A DNA stretch of 64,000 bases from an uncultured virus (IMG/VR IMGVR_UViG_3300046171_000308) (taxonomy: Duplodnaviria; Heunggongvirae; Uroviricota; Caudoviricetes). Below the pieces are notes generated by a model, which made no database searches, was not told the DNA's origin, and saw only the letters and a list, made by a program, of their open reading frames with translations. Below are positions 9,745 through 17,027 of the stretch, in pieces. The stretch lies in IMG/VR virus record IMGVR_UViG_3300046171_000308, one strand, 5' to 3'. Numbering within the stretch: position 1 is the first letter of the stretch; each line of letters begins with the position of its first letter. Position numbers and translations under genes: made by a program.

Positions 9745-10356
9745 TCAGCTCAATTCTCCGATAGTTTGTCTCTGTTGAATTAGCTCGTGGTGTTGTCCAA
9801 TAACGCTACCAATGACTCTCCACTTCTCTGCACCAGCAATGGTGGAGTTTCCGTAGTTAGCAAGTCCACCGACTACACGGTGAGCACATACGATAGTTTT
9901 CTCAGGTTCTACAATAATTGGCATTTCGTACCAGACGAAAGGCTCTTCTAGAACTTCGAAGATTTGTTGGTCAACTACTGGTGTTTCTACACCGGAGATT
10001 CTCCATTGGTGCTCAGTTACAAGTAGAGGTGATACAGGGTATTGAATTCCCATAATCAAGTAGTAGAATTCTTCAAGGGTCTTGAAGTCCAAAACTCTTT
10101 GTGCCCAGCCGAAAGAATCGACGGTTACGCTGTTTGGGTTTCCTGTGCTACCGGATGAAGGGACTAGCCACTGTCCGAATGTTCCCAAAATTGAGAATTG
10201 GTCAGCTCTTAGTACACCTTTACCGTAGCCTTGCTTTGGCCATACGTATTTGTAATCGCCCCAGTGGCGGAAGTTCGCAGATACAGCCGAAAGAATTTCG
10301 GTGATGTATGCATCAATTGTGCTCATTGGTCTGTCATAATAAGGTCTTAGTTCCAT
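9745..10356 (-). CDS. candidate single jelly-roll major capsid protein
   Basis: 203 aa; first gene of the structural operon; alternating beta-strand pattern (YLIMGI, VTEHQW, PIIVEPEKTI, WRVIGSVIG) consistent with one jelly roll. Confidence 0.5.
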   Translation of the reverse strand: MELRPYYDRPMSTIDAYITEILSAVSANFRHWGDYKYVWPKQGYGKGVLRADQFSILGTFGQWLVPSSGSTGNPNSVTVDSFGWAQRVLDFKTLEEFYYLIMGIQYPVSPLLVTEHQWRISGVETPVVDQQIFEVLEEPFVWYEMPIIVEPEKTIVCAHRVVGGLANYGNSTIAGAEKWRVIGSVIGQHHELIQQRQTIGELS

Positions 10357-10569
10357 GTTTATCGCTCCATAATTTTTGTTTCCCCGCGTTTTTATTGGGC
10401 GGGTTATCCAGTGCTAGGTAGGTCCCCCTTATGAAAGACGGGATTCTATTGAGTAGCAATTGATATGAAATAGGTTGAATAGACTGCTTTTGCTCTACTA
10501 TGTCTTTTAACACTTTTCAAAGGCCTACTATTAGAAACCATTAAGTCCATCATGAAAGGTAGGGCAACC

Positions 10570-10779
10570 ATGAGTAAGACTCATCAGGTACAGATACGCA
10601 TGGATGCTGACGTATTTGCCAAACTAAAAGCCCTAGCAGATGATAACGGACTAGCACTAGCTACATACATACGTTCTCTACTTATACAGTATACTAAAGG
10701 AAAACTAGATACATTGGAGGATGATGTAGTAGCTAAGTTAGCAGGAATAACTACTACACGCCCGGATGTGACATTCTAA
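10570..10779 (+). CDS. ribbon-helix-helix transcription regulator
   Basis: QVQIRMD..VF.KLK.LA...GL.LATYIRSLL pattern; start reassigned to MSKTH, 24 nt after TTAAG. Confidence 0.8.
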   Translation: MSKTHQVQIRMDADVFAKLKALADDNGLALATYIRSLLIQYTKGKLDTLEDDVVAKLAGITTTRPDVTF

Positions 10780-11111
10780 TGCAGAAGACTCTAGGTACTA
10801 AGTTAGTGGGATTATCAAATCCTGAAAGCGAGCCAAGCTGGGTTATACAAGTAGAAGCTAGACTAGATACAGGCGCTTCTCGTTCTTCTATTGATGAAGG
10901 TTTTATTTCTCTTCTTAGATTAGAGGATTATATTTACGAAGGTGCAATCAAAGTAAAAAGTGCTAACGGTACTCAAAGGAGAGATACTGTAGTGTTGGTA
11001 ATTGTTGATGATGACGATGAAGAAGTAGAGCTAGAAGTATCAGTAACTAATAGGGAACACTTAGGATATCCTATGATACTGGGTAGAGATTACATAGAGG
11101 GATTGAATTGA
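10779..11111 (+). CDS. retropepsin-like aspartic protease (RimK-associated/DUF785-type)
   Basis: ARLDTGASRSSI catalytic motif, VKSANG flap, and R....YPMILGRD C-terminal motif. Confidence 0.88.
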   Translation: MQKTLGTKLVGLSNPESEPSWVIQVEARLDTGASRSSIDEGFISLLRLEDYIYEGAIKVKSANGTQRRDTVVLVIVDDDDEEVELEVSVTNREHLGYPMILGRDYIEGLN

Positions 11112-11320
11112 ATATAGCAGACGCAGCTAGATTTATTGCCGATGGTATGGTAATGAAGATAGAGTTAAGCGATAGTGTAGATAAAAAAATAGATGATATT
11201 CGAGCAGAAGTAAAAGAAATAACCAAGGAAGCGATAGATAAGATAGACCGAAGATGGTATATTACTCAAGTTTTGATTGCCCTTGGTTTAATTGGTAATG
11301 CTGTTGCTATGTTAGTATAG
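11108..11320 (+). CDS. small coiled-coil protein with C-terminal TM helix
   Basis: 70 aa; overlaps the protease stop codon; hydrophobic C-terminus. Confidence 0.6.
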   Translation: MNIADAARFIADGMVMKIELSDSVDKKIDDIRAEVKEITKEAIDKIDRRWYITQVLIALGLIGNAVAMLV

Positions 11321-11321
11321 G

Positions 11322-12167
11322 TCACAGTATTATATTACCGAAGGTGCTAGTTGAATTGGAACTAACTTGTTGCATGGGAACGTGAAGGAAAACTCCGTTA
11401 TTCAATCCAGGGGCGAGGTTTTTGCCATCGCTGTAAACCTTGTAAAAGTGTCTAACACTCATTTGACCAGACCCAGAAAATTGGTCTTTTAATTCAGTGC
11501 TTGTATGCTGCAAGACTATGCGTAACATCGAGCCATCGGGGAAATCAAAAACCACTGACGCTCTCTTGATTCCGTAACCAGGAGTACCTTCAATGAACCC
11601 ACGTAAAATATGTCCGTCAACATCTTGGGCGATAGCAGTGTTCCAGTCATACTTTGCGTTCGCTCCCCCGGGGCCTTGCATTGCCCAAAGCTGTAAGACA
11701 TTAGTCTCTGATTCTGGGTTGCTTAACCCTAGTAGGTTAAAACCAACACTTGATGCAGCTAGATTATTTTTAAAATTGGTAGCTTTCCACGGATTCCACC
11801 CGGACAAGTTCCACCTAAAATCAAAACTTTCAGGCCTTAGCAATGTCGTAGCAATAAGGTCCCTTGTCTCTGGGTCGACATCGTCGAGCGATATGTTGAG
11901 GGAGACTGTTTTTATTGGGTTTTGCTCAGTGCTTGTGAAAATTGGTGCAGAAACAATAGTAGGATTCGGGATTGGCGCCGAGTAGGGTTGATAATCTGGC
12001 TGACTCATCGGTGAGTTCGGATAATACTGTGACCTATACGTGGGGAAGTCTGGGCGCTTGGAGCTTGTCGTTGGGTCTATATTTAGTTTCATTCTACTAA
12101 GTAGATATGCTGCTACCCCAGCACCAATCAAACCACCTGCTGAAAGTCCTAAAACTTTCGCGACCAT
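11322..12167 (-). CDS. N-terminally membrane-anchored protein
   Basis: Gly-rich TM helix, Pro-rich linker and beta-rich domain; contains GLSNPESE. Confidence 0.7.
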   Translation of the reverse strand: MVAKVLGLSAGGLIGAGVAAYLLSRMKLNIDPTTSSKRPDFPTYRSQYYPNSPMSQPDYQPYSAPIPNPTIVSAPIFTSTEQNPIKTVSLNISLDDVDPETRDLIATTLLRPESFDFRWNLSGWNPWKATNFKNNLAASSVGFNLLGLSNPESETNVLQLWAMQGPGGANAKYDWNTAIAQDVDGHILRGFIEGTPGYGIKRASVVFDFPDGSMLRIVLQHTSTELKDQFSGSGQMSVRHFYKVYSDGKNLAPGLNNGVFLHVPMQQVSSNSTSTFGNIIL

Positions 12168-12207
12168 GATGTGCCGATACTATCGCAAGTTATCAAAGTA
12201 TTGTCAA

Positions 12208-12284
12208 TGGCGCCCCTGCCAGGATTTGAACCTGGGTTATTGGTTCCGCAAACCAAAGTGATATCCATACTACACTACAAGGGC
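12208..12284 (-). tRNA. tRNA-Arg(GCG) with encoded CCA
   Basis: Cloverleaf: acceptor GCCCTTG/CAGGGGC, anticodon arm TTGGT-TTGCGGA-ACCAA, T arm CCAGG-TTCAAAT-CCTGG, then G-CCA. Confidence 0.93.
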
Positions 12285-12464
12285 ATTGGGTATATTGAGT
12301 ACTGGAGGTCTAATAATAGCTTGATACCAGTCTCTAGGTGATTCCTTGTAAGGACTCCCCTGTGGCATCCATCCATCCTCCATCGCGTGATTTACTTTGT
12401 AGATTAAATCCTCAAGGCTATCGCCCATTATCACGTGATAGAGTTTATCTTGCACTAGTTTCAC
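12270..12464 (-). CDS. DUF1737-like small protein
   Basis: Y.VI.G....DL..KVN.AM.DGW.PQG.P....YQAI pattern; GTG start coupled to the upstream stop. Confidence 0.65.
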   Translation of the reverse strand: MKLVQDKLYHVIMGDSLEDLIYKVNHAMEDGWMPQGSPYKESPRDWYQAIIRPPVLNIPNALVV

Positions 12465-12640
12465 TCTCTTAGTGAAAGAATGTGCTTTCTAACAACGTCA
12501 CAGGATTTCTTAAGTTCAAGAAGTCCTTTTCTGACACGTGTCCCAGCAGCTTTTTGTCCTTTATCGACTTTCTCTGCGTCAACATCTAGTTCATTCAGTT
12601 GTTCTTTAAGCTCATTCAATAGGTCGGTAACAGTCGCCAT
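12461..12640 (-). CDS. Hc1-like (bacterial histone H1-like) small protein, 59 aa
   Basis: Translated by hand: MATVTDLLNELKEQLNELDVDAEKVDKGQKAAGTRVRKGLLELKKSCDVVRKHILSLRE; the DAEK..KG.KAAGTRVRK motif is typical of the Hc1 N-terminal domain. Confidence 0.8.
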   Translation of the reverse strand: MATVTDLLNELKEQLNELDVDAEKVDKGQKAAGTRVRKGLLELKKSCDVVRKHILSLRE

Positions 12641-12668
12641 GAAAGTAAATCAGCTTCGCCCTGACTAT

Positions 12669-12736
12669 AAAGATGGGCCCTCAAGCAAGACAGGTAACCC
12701 CTCACCTACATGGACGCTTGAGGGCCCGGGGATTGG
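12669..12736 (-). ncRNA. candidate small structured RNA 2
   Basis: Perfect 12-bp stem GGGCCCTCAAGC/GCTTGAGGGCCC (12675-12686 with 12716-12727) plus an inner AGGT/ACCT stem; TATA-like TAGTATAAG about 25 nt upstream. Confidence 0.45.
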
Positions 12737-12768
12737 CCCATGCAAGCAAGCGTAGCTTATACTAATAG

Positions 12769-12860
12769 AAAAAGTGGGCAGGTGGAGATAAGGGGGGAGA
12801 AAAGAAGAATTGCAAAAACCCCCCACCCAGGGCCACCTGTTAATCCCGAAATCCCTGGAC
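12769..12860 (-). ncRNA. candidate small structured RNA 1
   Basis: CAGGTGG/CCACCTG and G6/C6 stems around a pyrimidine-rich loop; TTTTTTATA box upstream and a T5 run downstream. Confidence 0.45.
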
Positions 12861-12924
12861 ATTTCTCCGATACCAGACTAGTATAAAAAAGTAGAACCAG
12901 TATAATCACTGATAAGTCTCAGGA

Positions 12925-14316
12925 CTAAACTTCTATGAATATAATGGGGAACACAAAATCCACAAAGGTATCTCCGAAGGCTTGAGTGTTAATTACGCAG
13001 CGAACTCGGATTGTGTGTTCAGACTCTTCAAAGCCTAGTGCAGGTACATCTATCCTCAGAGTATCCCAAACCCTTGAAGTCGCTGTAGTCCCAACCCAAT
13101 TAGTAGGGAAATTGAAATTGCCTGCCTTGTCGGCAAAGTTGACAATTGACCAAGAGTAGCTTACGTGGCCTAAGTTGTCAAAGTTGATACCGTCATCAGT
13201 CAGCGTTTTGATTGCCATGGTGATGTCTCCTGCTCCAGGGACTAGCCCTGTCGATGATACTTCAATCTCTAGAGCGCTTAGTGCCTCATATACGAGTGGG
13301 CTTGCTGATGACTGCCCATTTCCACTAAATTGGGTGTTAAAGGTAATAGAGCCTATATCCATATCACTAACTACCTTTGGCGTAAATACATTACCAGGTG
13401 TGCCAGAAAGCTGGGCTACCTTACTTTGTTTGGGCGAACTGTCGTTAAAATCTTCGTGAAGACCGGCAACGTATAACTCTGAGCCGTCCGAATTCCAATC
13501 AAGACCCGCCGGACTTGCGAAAGTAGTGGCATCAAAGTTACCTAGCCTACCGCCTAAATTAAGACTAGTTACAAACGTCTTTGTGGATAAATCGAAAGGA
13601 GTAGATAATGAAAATTCTGCGACTTTAGGGGTATCATTTGATTTATAGCAAACAAATACCTTAGTTCCGTCAGGGTTGAACCTTATGCCAAACAAAGCCG
13701 TTATAGTATCGCCGTCGTCATCAGTTACCGCTAAAGAAACCGTACTTGTCGAAAAAGTAGATGTAATATCATAATTAGTACTAAGTCCGACTACTTTTAC
13801 ATCAGCATTGTTACTCTCTGGCAAGAACATTACACTACCGTCTGTCTTGAACGCTATTCCTTGAGGTGAAGCGAAAGATGAGGTATCCGCTGTCGTCGTT
13901 GCTGCAACCGATGACAAATCATAAGGCGTAGAAAGGGCATATCTTTTCAAATAAGGGCTAGCCAACCCTATAACATACAGGAAACTACCATTGTTAGCAA
14001 AACAAGTACCTCTTGGGTTATGGGTATTTAACGAAATATCCCCTTCGATGTTATCGGTTTCAAAGATTGCGGTCGATATATTAGTATCATTGTAACTATA
14101 AGATATTAGTTGCTCATTACTGCCTGGCTCTGTTACAAGGAAGATTCTGTCTTGTCCTCCAGTCATAAGCTCTGTTTTTGGGTTGATACCTGCCCTCGCT
14201 ATTCTAACCGACGTACCAACATCGCCATCAACAGCTGTTTTTATGAATGCAAGACTGTATGTGTTATCTACTGCACTAGCTCCTTGAACAACTCCAAATT
14301 GCCAGTGTAGCCCCAT
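12925..14316 (-). CDS. beta-propeller adhesin/receptor-binding protein
   Basis: Repeated blades GxxFxxDGxxxYV and LSTPYDLS. Confidence 0.7.
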   Translation of the reverse strand: MGLHWQFGVVQGASAVDNTYSLAFIKTAVDGDVGTSVRIARAGINPKTELMTGGQDRIFLVTEPGSNEQLISYSYNDTNISTAIFETDNIEGDISLNTHNPRGTCFANNGSFLYVIGLASPYLKRYALSTPYDLSSVAATTTADTSSFASPQGIAFKTDGSVMFLPESNNADVKVVGLSTNYDITSTFSTSTVSLAVTDDDGDTITALFGIRFNPDGTKVFVCYKSNDTPKVAEFSLSTPFDLSTKTFVTSLNLGGRLGNFDATTFASPAGLDWNSDGSELYVAGLHEDFNDSSPKQSKVAQLSGTPGNVFTPKVVSDMDIGSITFNTQFSGNGQSSASPLVYEALSALEIEVSSTGLVPGAGDITMAIKTLTDDGINFDNLGHVSYSWSIVNFADKAGNFNFPTNWVGTTATSRVWDTLRIDVPALGFEESEHTIRVRCVINTQAFGDTFVDFVFPIIFIEV

Positions 14317-14320
14317 TTAA

Positions 14321-16054
14321 TCACCCAATCCTTATCCAGGTATTATTTCCACTACAAACAAAGGTAGCCGCTTTAAAAGATTCAATATCATCTAATGCAG
14401 TTGCGGCACCGCCATTAATAGTGGCAGAGTTTTGAACAGTTATTTTTGCGCTAATAGCAGAAGATGTTTCATTGAATACAGTAAACTGAACACCTGCGCT
14501 TGTATTATTATTAATTGAAGGCAGGGCCAAAGTTGAATTAGCATTTTCAAATATAACTAATACTCCTGAATCGGCTATAGTAGGTGAATAAGTCCCATTT
14601 CCTAAAACTACAGTAGTTACTCTTGAGTTAAGCCCTGGATGAGTAGTTGGTGTCGCACCTGCCGAAGCAGTAATAGTATCGGGTTGCCCTACATTTGCTA
14701 CAATGGTCGAAACTGTATCTTCATTTTCATCAATTAAAGATACACCGAATTTAAGATTACCACCTTTATCTGAGCTAGAGTGAGCTTCTGTTGCAATAGA
14801 GGCAATAAAGGCAGAAGATTCTAAAACCGAAGAAGGCACATTACCATCAGTAGAATCAAAACCAATTCCACCAAGTAAATCCCCGTCTTGGACGCCTGCA
14901 TCGACTCTAACAACCATTATCCCATTATTTGCGTCAGAACCGCTATGATTGACTTGAAACTTATTAGCGGGGGCAGTAGTTCCTATTCCTACCTTACCAT
15001 CAGATGTAATTCTCATCTTTTCATTAGCAGTTTCACTTGCACCTGTATTGAATAATAAAGCTGTGGCATTTACTGTATCACTAAATGTAGCAGTGGCCAG
15101 TGCTATAATAGAAGCACCTACTAAATCTGAATCTAACCCTGTATCTAACGGAGCTTGAAAGTCAATTCTACCAAGAACATCATTTGCCGCCACAGCTGTT
15201 TCTTTTGTTGATAGCGTTAATATTGCTCCTGCGGTACCTGTGCCATCTTGTATCTCTAATGAAGAAATAGGAGTACTGGTTCCTATGCCAACTTTGCCGT
15301 CAAGTCCCTTTATCCTCAATTTTTCAGTAGGTGCTCCACCAATCGCTGTGCTAAATATTAAGTCTGTTACGTTAGTACTTGCGGTAAATGTATTAGTAGC
15401 AACGGCATGAATGGACGCCGCAACGTCCCTTCCAGTATGTCCTACGCTGCCGTGTAATGGTGCTTGAAAGTCAATTCTACCAATAACATCATCTGTCGCA
15501 ACAGTTGTTTCTTGTGTTGCTAGGGTTAATACTGCGCCCAATGTCCCTGTTCCGCCTTGCACCTCTAAAGTAGAAGCCGGGGAAGTGGTACCAATACCTA
15601 CTCTGCCAGTGTTAGTAATTCGCATTCTTTCAGTGGCGGTTTCACTAGTCGCTGTTTTGAATAACAAAGCTGTTGCGTTTGTTGTATCACTAAATGCGGT
15701 GACGGCCAATGCTTGAATAGAAGCACCTACTAAATCTGAATCTAATCCTGTATCTAACGGGGCTTGAAAATTGATTTGACCTAGTACATCATTAGTATCA
15801 ACACTTGGTTCTTTTGTTGATAAAGTCAGTACTGCTCCTGTAGTGGTTAAACCATCTTGTATCTCTAATGAAGTGGAGGGAGTACCAGTCCCTATACCTA
15901 CTCTATTATTACCAGCATCAACCATAAGCATGTTGGTATTACCGCTACTTTCAACCCTAAAGTCGGCGTCAGAACCAGACTCGTTTATTGTTATAGCAGC
16001 ATCTAAATCAGTACCTCCACCACCGCTACTTGCTGGTGCATTGTATAATGGCAT
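14321..16054 (-). CDS. fibre/spike protein with three internal ~100-aa repeats
   Basis: Repeats of VGIGTxxP...LEIQ...IDFQAP...ERMRIT; the N-terminal INESGSDADFRVES motif is shared with 17028..18905. Confidence 0.8.
   Translation of the reverse strand: MPLYNAPASSGGGGTDLDAAITINESGSDADFRVESSGNTNMLMVDAGNNRVGIGTGTPSTSLEIQDGLTTTGAVLTLSTKEPSVDTNDVLGQINFQAPLDTGLDSDLVGASIQALAVTAFSDTTNATALLFKTATSETATERMRITNTGRVGIGTTSPASTLEVQGGTGTLGAVLTLATQETTVATDDVIGRIDFQAPLHGSVGHTGRDVAASIHAVATNTFTASTNVTDLIFSTAIGGAPTEKLRIKGLDGKVGIGTSTPISSLEIQDGTGTAGAILTLSTKETAVAANDVLGRIDFQAPLDTGLDSDLVGASIIALATATFSDTVNATALLFNTGASETANEKMRITSDGKVGIGTTAPANKFQVNHSGSDANNGIMVVRVDAGVQDGDLLGGIGFDSTDGNVPSSVLESSAFIASIATEAHSSSDKGGNLKFGVSLIDENEDTVSTIVANVGQPDTITASAGATPTTHPGLNSRVTTVVLGNGTYSPTIADSGVLVIFENANSTLALPSINNNTSAGVQFTVFNETSSAISAKITVQNSATINGGAATALDDIESFKAATFVCSGNNTWIRIG
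15107..15769. repeat. 54-nt direct repeat within the fibre gene (15107-15160 and 15716-15769)
   Basis: 52/54 identical, encoding FQAPLDTGLDSDLVGASI. Confidence 0.8.
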
Positions 16055-16063
16055 TATAATTCC

Positions 16064-16804
16064 TCATTGAGCAGTTTGAATCAGGGCGGTAACGGATAAA
16101 ACTACCCAAACTTTATTGTTTATGAATGGGCTATCGAAAGTAGTAGGAGTAAGTCCTGCTGTATTACCCTCCGGTATAAAAGAAGTAGTAAATACGGGTC
16201 TTGGGTACTGAATAGTGCTTGCTTCAGAATCTACGTCGTCGATTACATTGGTTAAGTCGACAGTCGAAGCTGCATTGAGCTCTTCGAGGAATTGGTCCTT
16301 GATAAGTTCTCCATTAATCACGTCAAGCATAGGTATATTATTACTGCCTATAGGGTTTAAGACCACAGTAGCGACAGTGTCAAAGGTGTCTGAAGTACCG
16401 TCTGCTGTTAGTTTAACAGCTCCGATACTAACTACTTGGTGGATAATCCCATTGGACTTCTCTCCAAGTTTAACGCTAGTATTCGCATGTCCTTCAAGGC
16501 CGCTTGCGTTTGCTAAGCTATTGGTGCTAAGGCCCATTAACGATACTTTTCCCTTGTTTTCATGAGTTGCAATTACCGGGCTTGTAATATTAACACCGCT
16601 GTTAGAATCACTTGAAGCCACAAATATATAATCGCACTGCAAATTTTTAGGCAAACGGTTATTTGCTAGTGTTAGAAAATTACTCAACCCTGTATTATGA
16701 GAGGCAGTCAGAGCACTATCAGCTGAACGAGTAACCAAAAAATTTGTTCTGATAAGCTTTGCTTGCGAGCCGTAACCTGTATCCATTCCGCCTATTATCG
16801 CCAT
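16064..16804 (-). CDS. virion protein, paralogue family A
   Basis: Start reassigned to MAIIGGMDTGYGSQAKLIRTNFL; shares NFLTLANNRLPK.L.CDYI and EGNT.GLTPTTF with 7818..8606. Confidence 0.75.
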   Translation of the reverse strand: MAIIGGMDTGYGSQAKLIRTNFLVTRSADSALTASHNTGLSNFLTLANNRLPKNLQCDYIFVASSDSNSGVNITSPVIATHENKGKVSLMGLSTNSLANASGLEGHANTSVKLGEKSNGIIHQVVSIGAVKLTADGTSDTFDTVATVVLNPIGSNNIPMLDVINGELIKDQFLEELNAASTVDLTNVIDDVDSEASTIQYPRPVFTTSFIPEGNTAGLTPTTFDSPFINNKVWVVLSVTALIQTAQ

Positions 16805-16845
16805 GTCCGTCACATAGGCCAATGCTTATTATACAATAAACGTAT

Positions 16846-16995
16846 CTACTCTGCTAATGCTTCTTCGAAAGCATCAACAATAGTCAACAGTGCTTCTGCA
16901 CCGCCTTTGCCTTTTACTTGCATGTTTGCATTTATGAAAGCTAATAAGGATTCTGCTATTTCTTTGGGTAGTTTAATGGTTACTTCTTCTGTCAT
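16846..16995 (-). CDS. small helical protein (49 aa, MTEEVTIKLPKE...)
   Basis: Translated by hand; TTTAAG box 23 nt upstream; lies between fibre genes. Confidence 0.6.
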   Translation of the reverse strand: MTEEVTIKLPKEIAESLLAFINANMQVKGKGGAEALLTIVDAFEEALAE

Positions 16996-17027
16996 AGTAC
17001 GCCCATGTTCGCTATGAACTTAAATCT

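Noticed and set aside
12208..12284. tRNA as an attachment site for integration
   Set aside because: No integrase and no duplicated tRNA 3' fragment seen
12665..12862. 65-aa minus-strand ORF over the structured region
   Set aside because: Atypical composition and better explained by RNA stems; not fully excluded
15107..15769. Repeat pair as DGR template and variable regions
   Set aside because: Both copies are in frame within one gene with only two differences, and there is no reverse transcriptase
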